Of a DNA stretch of 64,000 bases, positions 54,725 to 63,569 are shown in pieces. Below the pieces are notes generated by a model. That model did no database searches. It saw nothing but the letters and a program-made list of their open reading frames with translations, and was not told the DNA's origin. The stretch comes from Candidatus Fermentibacteraceae bacterium (GTDB taxonomy: Bacteria > Fermentibacterota > Fermentibacteria > Fermentibacterales > JCC-6), in the NCBI GenBank assembly GCA_016936235.1, contig JAFGPK010000054.1, positions 7,559 through 71,558 on the forward strand, in the 5' to 3' direction. A program made the position numbers and the translations under genes. Position 1 is the first letter of the stretch. Each line of letters opens with the position of its first letter.

Positions 54725-56382
54725 TCCCCCCCCGTTTCACCTTCGCCCAGCCTGCGGGCCGCGGAAATGCCGTACTCGGTCTCGGGATACAGAGTCACCA
54801 GCTCCGTAAGGTAATCCTCCAGGATCCCATCCTCGATCCTGGCCCCCTCTCCCGCGAGATATGCGGCCCAGAGCAGCTCGGGTCCGGACAGCCTGCTCCA
54901 TGGAGAGCGAATCACGCCATCCAGCACCTCCCAGGCCTGCCGGAACTCCATCCCGTCCATGAGGTCCCAGGCCCTTTCAAGGATCACGGAGGGACGATGG
55001 GAATACGCCCGGCCCCTTGGCAGGCCGAGCCTGTCCTCGATCCCGGTGGCCAGGTCCGAGGAATCGCACAGGGAGTAAGCCTCCATCAGAAGCGACTCCG
55101 ACGAGTCCGGACCGACTGGAAGTATCTCCGAAAGCGTGGCCAGGGCCACGGCCTTCTCCATGTCGTGTCCCTCCCCCGCCACCTGGAGCAGGATCTCAAG
55201 GGCCTGAGGATCGCTCCCGCCGTAAAGGTCTATCCTCTTCTCGGCTATCATTATCATTCTGAGCCATCTGTCCTCCCCTGCGTCCCTGAGTTCTTCCGTG
55301 TACTCCACAAGAAGCTCCAGGTCCTTCTTCCTGTCTGCAGCCAGCCTTATCCACAGGTAATCGCCGCTCCTCCCCGCGAGCTCCTCCAGGTCGGCTATGG
55401 CATCATCCGTCCTGCCCCCGCTCTCAAGGAGTAGAGCCCGTCTGTAGAGGGCTTCCGCTCCGTGCTCCCTGTACCTGTCGAGGTCCGCTGCAGACCTGTA
55501 GGACAGAAGGGCTCCGGAAACGTCACCCGAGAGTTCCCTGGCCTTTCCGTTCAGCAGAGCGATCGCCGCTGTCTCCTGGTCGGACCTGTATCCGGCCAGG
55601 AGCCGGTTCAGAACCTCCACGGCCATCTCGGGACGCTCTTCCTGCAGGTATGCCCGGGCCGCGGTGGTCAGGGCCCTGTAGTAACCTTCCCCCCTCCCGA
55701 ACTGCGTTCCGGCCGAAAGGGCCAGGACCGCACCGCTGTCAGCCATCCCTATTTCCATGAACGCCCTGCCGGTGAGGAGGGTGAATTCCGCCGCAAGGCT
55801 GTCGTCGTCCGGCCTCTCCAGGCTGTCTGCCACCTCCAGGGCCACCGAGGGCCGATGGTCGAGAAGCAGCGCCTCCATCAGGAAGAGCCTGGACCTGAAG
55901 AAGAGTTTCTCGTTCTCGTCGGAGACGTTCATGAAGGATGCTATGGCGTCGTTGTACCTGCCCAGCTCCATGGCCGCCACTCCCATGCCTGTGCACGCCC
56001 GGTCCCTCACCTCCTGGTCGTCGGTCATGACTATGGCGGAGGAATAGGCCATCATGGCCTCGCCGAAATCAGACGTACCGCTTCCGGTCAGGGTCCTTCT
56101 CCCCGACTGGAGCAGGGCATCTCCCAGCAGCAGCTGCGCATCGTCGGCCCAGCGGCTGTCAGGATATACCGCCAGCACCTTGGCAGCCCCCGAGACAGCT
56201 TCGTCAAGGAGCCTCTCCTCCATCGACACGGGAGCATCCGGATTGTCCCTGGCCAGCTCCATGGCCTCCTCGTAGCTCTTGCGGGCATTGTAGAACGTAT
56301 TGTAATAGGCGCAACCCGCGAAAAGGAGCACCATGACGGAAAGAGCAACCGGAGAGACCAGCCTAACTGAATGCAAGATCAC
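54721..56382 (-). CDS. TPR-repeat lipoprotein
   Basis: LLFAGCAYYNTFYNARKSYEEA is a lipobox followed by a helical-repeat region; 553 aa. It is embedded between pyrC and pyrK, with overlaps at both ends. Confidence 0.55.
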   Translation of the reverse strand: MILHSVRLVSPVALSVMVLLFAGCAYYNTFYNARKSYEEAMELARDNPDAPVSMEERLLDEAVSGAAKVLAVYPDSRWADDAQLLLGDALLQSGRRTLTGSGTSDFGEAMMAYSSAIVMTDDQEVRDRACTGMGVAAMELGRYNDAIASFMNVSDENEKLFFRSRLFLMEALLLDHRPSVALEVADSLERPDDDSLAAEFTLLTGRAFMEIGMADSGAVLALSAGTQFGRGEGYYRALTTAARAYLQEERPEMAVEVLNRLLAGYRSDQETAAIALLNGKARELSGDVSGALLSYRSAADLDRYREHGAEALYRRALLLESGGRTDDAIADLEELAGRSGDYLWIRLAADRKKDLELLVEYTEELRDAGEDRWLRMIMIAEKRIDLYGGSDPQALEILLQVAGEGHDMEKAVALATLSEILPVGPDSSESLLMEAYSLCDSSDLATGIEDRLGLPRGRAYSHRPSVILERAWDLMDGMEFRQAWEVLDGVIRSPWSRLSGPELLWAAYLAGEGARIEDGILEDYLTELVTLYPETEYGISAARRLGEGETGGE

Positions 56383-57637
56383 CGTCCCTGTATATGAGTT
56401 CGTTCATCCACACTGCTTTCACCCTTCCCCGAAGCATCCTCCTCATGAACGGCGTGTTGGATGACCTGGAGAATGTGCCTCGGTCGCTGAGGGTGTACTC
56501 CTCGAGAGGGTCGTATAGAACGCATTCCGCGCTTCCACCGACTCGCAGGGCCGGCGGCTCGATTCCCAGTATCCCGGCAGGACCGGTGATCAGGAGCCGC
56601 AGGACTTCAAGAGGGGACATCCCGGAACCGCAGAGCACCTCCATGGTAAGGGGCAGCAGCGTCTCCAGACCTGCTATTCCGAATGCCGCAGCCTCAACGG
56701 GAAGCTCCTTCCTGCCCCTTGAATGCGGGGCGTGGTCCGATGCCACCGCATCCACCATCCCGTCCTTCACCATCTTCACCAGCAGCTCCCTCTGTTCCCG
56801 AGTCCGAAGCGGAGGATTCATCTTGGCCATGGTCCCGTGTTCATAAACGGCGGTTTCGTCAAGGACCAGGTGATGAGGGGTAACGTCAACCGTCACGCCG
56901 GAATCGCCGAAAAGGTCGCTCCGGGCAAGTTCCACGCTTCTGGGCAGGGATAGATGGGTAAGGTGCAGCCGGCCCCTCGCGGCCCTTGCAAGCTCGAGGC
57001 ACCGGGCCACGTCAACCGTCTCGGCCTCGGGAGGTATCCCTTTCACACCCATCCTGCTGGACACCTGTCCCTGGTTCACGGCTCCTCCCGAAAGCGATCT
57101 CTCCTCGGGATGTTCGATGATAACACCTTCGAACTCGCTGACAGCCTCCAGGGATCTCAGCAGAAGAGCGGTATCATGGACCGGATCGCCATCGTCGGAA
57201 AACGCCCTGACACCCATGCGGGACAGACCCTGGAAATCCACGGGTTCGTTTCCCTCCCTTCCGATGGTGACGCATGGAATGGGAACTGCTCTTGCCTGTC
57301 CGGCGGCGGCGGCCGAGTCCATCAGCCGCCGGACCATGGCAACGGAGTCCATGGGAGGGTTCGTGTTCGGCATCACTCCCACCGTGGTCACTCCCCCGGA
57401 CACGGCGGCTTTGAGACCTGTCTCCACCGTTTCGGACGCCTCATCCCCCGGCTCCCTCAAGTGGGCGTGCATGTCCACCAGTCCGGGGAACAGCCACAAG
57501 CCCTTTCCTTCTATCTCAGGGCAGTCATGCGGCGGTTGCGCGTCCCGGCCCATCAGGGCGAACCTTCCGTCGATGATGAGCGCATCTCCTTCAAGGTCCA
57601 GACCGGACCCGGGGTCCATCATCCTGACGTTCCTCAA
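56363..57637 (-). CDS. pyrC: Dihydroorotase
   Basis: …FPGLVDMHAHLREPG…, …DHAPH… and the other metal ligands are typical of type I dihydroorotase (allantoinase-like). Confidence 0.85.
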   Translation of the reverse strand: MRNVRMMDPGSGLDLEGDALIIDGRFALMGRDAQPPHDCPEIEGKGLWLFPGLVDMHAHLREPGDEASETVETGLKAAVSGGVTTVGVMPNTNPPMDSVAMVRRLMDSAAAAGQARAVPIPCVTIGREGNEPVDFQGLSRMGVRAFSDDGDPVHDTALLLRSLEAVSEFEGVIIEHPEERSLSGGAVNQGQVSSRMGVKGIPPEAETVDVARCLELARAARGRLHLTHLSLPRSVELARSDLFGDSGVTVDVTPHHLVLDETAVYEHGTMAKMNPPLRTREQRELLVKMVKDGMVDAVASDHAPHSRGRKELPVEAAAFGIAGLETLLPLTMEVLCGSGMSPLEVLRLLITGPAGILGIEPPALRVGGSAECVLYDPLEEYTLSDRGTFSRSSNTPFMRRMLRGRVKAVWMNELIYRDGDLAFS

Positions 57638-57695
57638 GAAATACCTGTTCAGGGTTCCATCACCTCAAAGTCCGACCCGCGTGCGAAGGCAGCGG

Positions 57696-58976
57696 TCAAT
57701 CCGAGTAGTCGATGCCGTCCGAGGCAGCCTCTCCGCTGTCGGGGGCGCTTTCAGCCGAATAGCTGCTCCTGTCTGCCGTTATCCTTCTTTCCGGTGTGGA
57801 GTTCCAGTCGTCCCTCTCCAGTATCCTCTCGATGACCTTTGTACCCGTCCCGGTGGAGTTGAATGCCTGGAAGAACCTGAGAGCCCATTCCCGGGTCTCG
57901 TCGATTATCCTGTCCCTGTATTTCTCAGGAAGCCCCATGATACGGTGGTGGAAGGGAAGGTTAGCTTTCTTGTAATCTCCGGAGCTCCTGGAATAGTCAT
58001 GAGCGTCGGCCCAGCAGACGATCTCCTCCCAGAGGTCCCGGGGGATTCCCCTGTCAGGGTTCTTGACGTAGGAACCGTTCTCTATCTCGGCGTTCCCGCT
58101 CGCGGGGTCCATCTCCAGCCCGAACACTATGTTCTGCCATAGTGTGCCCACATTGCCCTTGTTGATCCCGTACTCCCTGAAATGCCCGACCTTGTCCAGA
58201 GGGGTCCCGCTGATGCCGTGCTGGGCGATGACACATCCGTACTCCGCGATAGTGTCCGCAATCTCCCTGGTCCTGTAAAGGTCGATACCCTCTCCCTCGC
58301 CTTTTGATGAATCGTAGGTCCCGTGCTTGGAGCCGTTGGAGATGGCCAGGAAGTCCGGGAATATGCCCCAGCTGTTCAGCCCGCCGACGAAGTACTCCGC
58401 CTCCTCCACCGTGGTCAGTACGCCTGCCCCCTTTATCTCTCCCACTTCGGCCTCGAGACCGATATAGGAAGGTATGTGCATTGCGAGGTCCCTGGTGTAT
58501 GTGAGGTTCTCGAAATCGAAGTTGTGGGAGGCGTCCACCGCCACGGACGTCCATCCCCTGGAGATGGCGTCGGGTACCGTTTTTATCGACTCGTCCCTGT
58601 CGGCGGCGGATTTGATGGCGTAGTGGTCCATATGAAGGGAATAGACCACTCCGTCCCCGATAAGGCTGGAATACTGCATTGCGAACCATGGAAGGTTCCG
58701 GAAATTGACGCCCGTGTAGCTGGCCTCCGACTTGGCGAGTTCCAGGACCACGAAGGAATCCACCTCCCCGGCCGCCCGCATGATGCCCAGGGCGCTCAGG
58801 GGATTCCTGATGTTGGCCGCCATCACTATGGCGTTCTCCCGGACAGCCACCGCTGCAATATCCCTCATGCTGACCAGGGCGCACCTGCTCAGGGGCAGCG
58901 CGCTTCTGACATTGAGGGGCCTCAGGTCCAGAAACCTGTTGTATTCCTTCATATTATCCATATTGTTTCCCTTCAT
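57696..58976 (-). CDS. fba: Class II (metal-dependent) fructose/ketose-bisphosphate aldolase with acidic C-terminal extension
   Basis: …LHMDHYAIKS… (HxDH), …LAISNGSKHGTY…, …IAQHGISGTP…. 426 aa. The start could be M6 or M9. Confidence 0.7.
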   Translation of the reverse strand: MKGNNMDNMKEYNRFLDLRPLNVRSALPLSRCALVSMRDIAAVAVRENAIVMAANIRNPLSALGIMRAAGEVDSFVVLELAKSEASYTGVNFRNLPWFAMQYSSLIGDGVVYSLHMDHYAIKSAADRDESIKTVPDAISRGWTSVAVDASHNFDFENLTYTRDLAMHIPSYIGLEAEVGEIKGAGVLTTVEEAEYFVGGLNSWGIFPDFLAISNGSKHGTYDSSKGEGEGIDLYRTREIADTIAEYGCVIAQHGISGTPLDKVGHFREYGINKGNVGTLWQNIVFGLEMDPASGNAEIENGSYVKNPDRGIPRDLWEEIVCWADAHDYSRSSGDYKKANLPFHHRIMGLPEKYRDRIIDETREWALRFFQAFNSTGTGTKVIERILERDDWNSTPERRITADRSSYSAESAPDSGEAASDGIDYSD

Positions 58977-58978
58977 GT

Positions 58979-60811
58979 TTGACCGGGGCTTCCAAGATTG
59001 TTAATATGCTTGAAACCGTGGCGGAGAGGAATGGTGTTTACTTGGACAGTTTTCCCGGCGACAGGACAACCAGACTGCTGCTTGCGCTTCTCGTTCTAAT
59101 AGTCCTGACACTGCGTTTCGGTCTCCTGCCGGACTCGCAGAACGTCCGGATCGTCTCCGATGCGCTCATTCTCGCCTCCTGCCTGTTTTTCCTCGCCGGA
59201 GTCATACTGCCGCCGGGCATCCGGTCGTTCAGGGAACGCTTCAGCGAGGAGAAATGGCTGTTCCTCTTCTCCTCCGTGTACGTCGTCGCGCTGCTCGCGG
59301 TGGCGGCGGGAGCATCGGACGGAGGAGGCGGATCAAGGTTCGGTACCATTGTCCTGGTCTCCATGGGCTACTCGATCCTGTGCTCAGTGAGGATCTTCCT
59401 GGCGAGGTTCGGGTCATGGGCACTGGAGCATCTGTCTCCCTGGGCGATCCTGCCGGTCTCCTTCGCCATCGTGATAGCCTTCGGCACTTTCATGCTCATG
59501 ATGCCCAACTCCACGCCTGAGGGCAGCATAAGCTTGGTTGATGCGGCGTTCACATCGACTTCTGCCACCTGCGTGACAGGTCTCATCGTTATGAACACCG
59601 AAACGGACTTTACTCTGTTCGGGCAGACGATCATCCTCATCCTGATCCAGGTGGGAGGCCTGGGGATAATGACCTTCGCAGCTTTCTTCGCCCTGTTCCT
59701 CGGGCACAGCGCGGGTCTGCGGGAATCCGCTTCGATGATCAGGGTCATGGACAGTGACTTCATAAGCGACCTGAAGCGGATGATGGGCTCCATCATAGGC
59801 TGGACCCTCACCATCGAGACGGCGGGGGCATTCATCCTCTACATCATCTGGGACGGTCAGGCAGTGAACTGGTCCACTAACCTGAAGATATGGCAGAGTG
59901 TCTTTCACAGTGTCTCGGCGTTCTGCAATGCCGGGTTCAGTCTCAATCCCGTCCTTGCGGATCCCTCTTCGGGACTCTTCAGCAATCCGGAGAACCTTGA
60001 GGGTTTCGCCCATGTCCCCGGCATAGCGGTCACCATAGGGACCCTGATAGTCCTTGGTGGAATAGGGTTCATGGTCCTGACGGCCATCTGGGGCCACATG
60101 CTGCACAGGATGAGGACCGGCACAAGAATGAGAATGTCCGTGCAGGTCAAGCTGGTCCTCTTCATAACGGGAATACTGATACTGGCAGGGATGGTGGTGT
60201 TCCTGGCCCTTGAATGGAACGGTTCCCTGCAGGGGATGTCCCTGACCCAGAAGCTTGCGAACTCCTACCTTGGCTCCGTGACCCCGAGAACGGCGGGATT
60301 CAATACCGTACCAACGGCCGGCCTGGCCCCCTCCCTTCTGTGGTTCTTCGTTATACTGATGTTCATAGGGGCGTCCCCCGGGGGAACGGGCGGAGGTGTC
60401 AAGACGAGCACGGTGGGAGTCCTGTTCATGACCGTGGTCTCCCTCATAAGGGGCAAACCCGCAACGGAGATATGGAAGCGGAGGGTGCCTTCCCACGACA
60501 TCAAGAGGACCGCGGCCGTCTTCCTCATGGCCTCGCTGGCCTTCGGAATGTCAGCCGGATTCCTGCTGCTGTCGGAGCAGGGAAGCAATACGGGATTCGG
60601 CCCATTCGACTATGTCTTCGAATCCATGAGCGCCTTCGGGACCGTGGGCCTTTCCACGGGTCCCACGGCGTATTTGACCTGGATGGGAAAGGTGATAATC
60701 ATACTGACGATGTTCCTCGGAAGGATCGGTCCCGCCGCCCTGGCTGCGGCAACCGGCAGAAGGAACATGATGAATTACGTATATCCGGAGACAAGGATAA
60801 CGATAGGGTAA
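58979..60811 (+). CDS. trkH: Trk/Ktr-type potassium uptake membrane subunit (TrkH/KtrB family)
   Basis: Repeated pore-loop pattern …TSATCVTGLIVMNTETDF…ILIQVGGLGIMTF… and …GASPGGTGGGVKTSTV…. The start could instead be ATG 59006, because the fba start is only 2 nt away on the opposite strand. Confidence 0.85.
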   Translation: MTGASKIVNMLETVAERNGVYLDSFPGDRTTRLLLALLVLIVLTLRFGLLPDSQNVRIVSDALILASCLFFLAGVILPPGIRSFRERFSEEKWLFLFSSVYVVALLAVAAGASDGGGGSRFGTIVLVSMGYSILCSVRIFLARFGSWALEHLSPWAILPVSFAIVIAFGTFMLMMPNSTPEGSISLVDAAFTSTSATCVTGLIVMNTETDFTLFGQTIILILIQVGGLGIMTFAAFFALFLGHSAGLRESASMIRVMDSDFISDLKRMMGSIIGWTLTIETAGAFILYIIWDGQAVNWSTNLKIWQSVFHSVSAFCNAGFSLNPVLADPSSGLFSNPENLEGFAHVPGIAVTIGTLIVLGGIGFMVLTAIWGHMLHRMRTGTRMRMSVQVKLVLFITGILILAGMVVFLALEWNGSLQGMSLTQKLANSYLGSVTPRTAGFNTVPTAGLAPSLLWFFVILMFIGASPGGTGGGVKTSTVGVLFMTVVSLIRGKPATEIWKRRVPSHDIKRTAAVFLMASLAFGMSAGFLLLSEQGSNTGFGPFDYVFESMSAFGTVGLSTGPTAYLTWMGKVIIILTMFLGRIGPAALAAATGRRNMMNYVYPETRITIG

Positions 60812-60828
60812 ATCGGAGAGGAACTGTA

Positions 60829-61488
60829 TTGAAAGCTCAAAAGTTTGCCGTGATCGGACTCGGTTCCTTCGGGTTCAGCCTGGCGACGAAACTCGAGGAC
60901 CTCGGCGCCGAGGTGCTGGCCATAGACCAGAGCGAGCGGATTATCCAGGAGATCAGCAATTCAGTTTCCGCCGCGGTGGCCTTCGACTGTACCGACGAGA
61001 ACATGCTGGAGGCCCACGGGCTTGCCAGCATGGACCTTGTCATAGTGGCCATCGGAGAGGACTTCGGTTCCAATGTACTCGTCACCAAGATACTGAAGGA
61101 CATGGGCCTTGTGGTCCACAGCAGGGCGACCAGCAAGCGGGAGGCTCGTATCCTGAAGGCCGTGGGCGCCGACCACATTTACACTCCGGAGCAGACCCAG
61201 GGGGTCACCGAGGCCAGAAGGCTGACACTACAGGGAGTCGAATCCTACATCCCCCTCTCCGGGGGTATCGTGTTCGCTCATGTGGAAGTGAAACCCGCCA
61301 TGGTGGGCAGGATGCTGAGGGACCTGGACATAAGGAAGATATTCGGTCTGAACATCGCCTACATCGGACGGATGACGGAAGAGGGCAGGAAGTACAGGAT
61401 ACCCAGGCCGGACGACGTCTTCCGCGAAGACGACCATATTTTCATAATGGGCACGCAGGAGGACATCAAGAGGTACCTCCAGAGCTGA
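60829..61488 (+). CDS. trkA: K+ uptake regulatory subunit (RCK_N + RCK_C; TrkA/KtrA family)
   Basis: TTG start with GGAGAGGAA upstream. KFAVIGLGSFGFSLATKLEDLGAEVLAID is the Rossmann GxGxxG of RCK_N; the C-terminus has a TrkA_C pattern. The listed ORF 60214-61488 is longer only because that frame has no stop inside trkH. Confidence 0.8.
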   Translation: MKAQKFAVIGLGSFGFSLATKLEDLGAEVLAIDQSERIIQEISNSVSAAVAFDCTDENMLEAHGLASMDLVIVAIGEDFGSNVLVTKILKDMGLVVHSRATSKREARILKAVGADHIYTPEQTQGVTEARRLTLQGVESYIPLSGGIVFAHVEVKPAMVGRMLRDLDIRKIFGLNIAYIGRMTEEGRKYRIPRPDDVFREDDHIFIMGTQEDIKRYLQS

Positions 61489-61618
61489 TAACCAGTCAGG
61501 ACCAGATCAGCAGGGTTCGCGGAAGGTGAGTCTTCCGCGAAGACGCGCCATCAGAGATGGCGACCACATCTTCATAATGGGCACGCAGGAGGACATCAAG
61601 AGGTACCTCCAGAGCTGA
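61417..61618 (+). repeat. Direct duplication of the last ~55 nt of trkA (ttcataatgggcacgcaggaggacatcaagaggtacctccagagctga), flanking two perfect hairpins
   Basis: Copy 1 at 61441-61488 is the trkA 3' end. Copy 2 at 61571-61618 is identical. The shared segment tcttccgcgaagacg also precedes both. Between them are hairpins ttcgcggaag/gtgagt/cttccgcgaa (61516-61541) and cgccatc/aga/gatggcg (61546-61562). Confidence 0.8.
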
Positions 61619-61635
61619 AGGTCAGAGTGAAAGCC

Positions 61636-62586
61636 CTATTTCTTTCCCATCAGCTCGGCCAGTCCCGCCGAACCCAGAGCATGCCTCTGGTCGCGGTTCA
61701 TATCCCTGAAGAGCTGAATGCACAGTTCGGGGTTCCTGTGCTTGCCTGATATGGAGGTTATCAGGGTCATGACGACATCCGGCAGCCGCTGGGGATCGTC
61801 GAAGGAGCCCTTCTGCTGTAGACCCTCGTCGGGGATGAGCACCATCTTGCTCAGAGCTGGTTTCTCCTGCCTCAGTGTCCCGAAGATGTTCACCGATTCG
61901 ATGAAGCAGTCGGGCCAGCTCTCAAGAAGGGCCAGGTACCACTTGTTGAAGGCCGTTATCAGGAGTGAGATCTCGTCCAGTCCCACACCGGAGAGGGATT
62001 GGGTCTTCCCGGGGTAGAAGTATCCCACACCCCCGTTTATGACCTCGTACTCAAGGTATTCCCACACACCCGGGCCGTCCATGATCTTGCAGGGCATCCA
62101 GCCTATATCCGTCCTGCCCTCGATGATCGGGATGATAGTGGTCTTGTTGTCAAGGACCACTCTGATCAGACCCGACTTGCCCTTGCTGACCAGCTTTTCG
62201 TAGAGCTCCATTATCTGCCCCCTGGAGCCCTGCAGCTTCCTGAGGACCGGCTCCTCGGTCCAGCACCGCATCAGGTACTTGAGCACGCCGTCCTCAAGGA
62301 AATAGTAGGAGAGCAGCATCTCCGTGATGTCGCTCTCAAGCCAGGCTATGAAATCCTCGAGTCCCTTCACATCCCTTCCGATGAACCTGTACGGGGTGCC
62401 GTTCTTGATGGCGTGGTAGGCCACCGGACCGCCGGCGTTATCCACCCTCCAGTAGCCGTCCCTGTGGAGCTCGCGGCTGTCCAGGGCTCCCCTTGCCAGC
62501 TCCCTGAGGTTCAGGTACCTGACGGGAATGTTCTCGAAGTAGTTTACGGAGAAGGGAAGGTCTTCCCTGAGGAGGACATCGCTCAT
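61636..62586 (-). CDS. Hypothetical cytoplasmic protein
   Basis: 317 aa from the internal ATG at 62586, which abuts the lepB stop. The ORF's N-terminal extension overlaps lepB. No recognised motif. Confidence 0.45.
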   Translation of the reverse strand: MSDVLLREDLPFSVNYFENIPVRYLNLRELARGALDSRELHRDGYWRVDNAGGPVAYHAIKNGTPYRFIGRDVKGLEDFIAWLESDITEMLLSYYFLEDGVLKYLMRCWTEEPVLRKLQGSRGQIMELYEKLVSKGKSGLIRVVLDNKTTIIPIIEGRTDIGWMPCKIMDGPGVWEYLEYEVINGGVGYFYPGKTQSLSGVGLDEISLLITAFNKWYLALLESWPDCFIESVNIFGTLRQEKPALSKMVLIPDEGLQQKGSFDDPQRLPDVVMTLITSISGKHRNPELCIQLFRDMNRDQRHALGSAGLAELMGKK

Positions 62587-63317
62587 CTGATGAGCCTCGC
62601 TATCCTGTCGAACCTGGGCAGCCCGTGCCCGGGAACCCATGACCAGTAAGTCACCAGAGCCTCTCCCTTGATGAGGTCTACCGGGAGGGCTCCCCACACC
62701 CTGCTGTCGCTGGAGTGGTCACGGTTGTCGCCCATCATGAACACATGGTCTTCGGGAACGACGTAAGCGATTACCCCCTGGTCCGTCAACACGCAGTTGT
62801 TTCTGATGTCCCAGTAGGCAAGGTCCGCAACCCTTCCGTAGAGCTGGTCAATGCACTCCGGCCAGGCCTGGTCCAGAGGGCTGGGTTCGAAGCTGTCCTG
62901 GAAGCAGAAAGTCCAGTTCTCCAGAGGAGCTCCGTTGACGTAGAGGGTATCGTTGCTCACCCTCACGGTATCGCCTGGAAGCGCCACAAGCCTCTTCACG
63001 AAATCGTTGCCCGGGCCCATGGGGTATTTGAAGACGATTATCTCACCAATTTCCGGAGTGCCCGTGGCAGGCATCAGCAGACCGTACTCGTCCCCCCTGA
63101 AGCTGTGCAGCAGGGGCCGCATCCTGTCGGTCCAGGGTATCTGCTGCCCTTCCTCGACCTTGAGGACCAGCAGGTGATCCCCCACCAGCATGGTCCTCTC
63201 CATGCTCGGTGTGGGTATCCTGAAAGCCTCTATCACGTAGGGTCTGAGAAAACCGAAGAATATTATCAGCGCCAGCGCCAGCTGCAGGATCCAGTCCTTG
63301 ATCTTTGCAGTCTTCAA
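62583..63317 (-). CDS. lepB: Signal peptidase I
   Basis: TM anchor. IPTPSMERTMLVGDHLLV (catalytic Ser-Met box), …GDNRDHSSDSRVWG… (box E). Confidence 0.9.
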   Translation of the reverse strand: MKTAKIKDWILQLALALIIFFGFLRPYVIEAFRIPTPSMERTMLVGDHLLVLKVEEGQQIPWTDRMRPLLHSFRGDEYGLLMPATGTPEIGEIIVFKYPMGPGNDFVKRLVALPGDTVRVSNDTLYVNGAPLENWTFCFQDSFEPSPLDQAWPECIDQLYGRVADLAYWDIRNNCVLTDQGVIAYVVPEDHVFMMGDNRDHSSDSRVWGALPVDLIKGEALVTYWSWVPGHGLPRFDRIARLIR

Positions 63318-63569
63318 GATACCTCCAGATGTGTTCTAAGTGGGCAAGCCAATGAATTGCACAGAACGGGCACCAATGTCAACAGCATAAGCATGGAGCT
63401 GCCGGCATGAAGGTATGGGGAGCCTGAACGCGCATCACTATATTAGGGTTTATTCCGCTTTCCACCCATCGTTACCACTCGTTAACATACAAAAAAACCC
63501 GGGACGATGACGAAACCGGACGGGCGGAAGACAACTGACCGGTCCGCAACCAACCTTCGGAGGTTTCCA

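Noticed and set aside
60214-60828. N-terminal part of the 424-aa ORF 60214-61488.
   Set aside because: That frame simply has no stop across the end of trkH. Only the last 219 codons (TTG 60829, with an RBS) form the RCK-domain TrkA.
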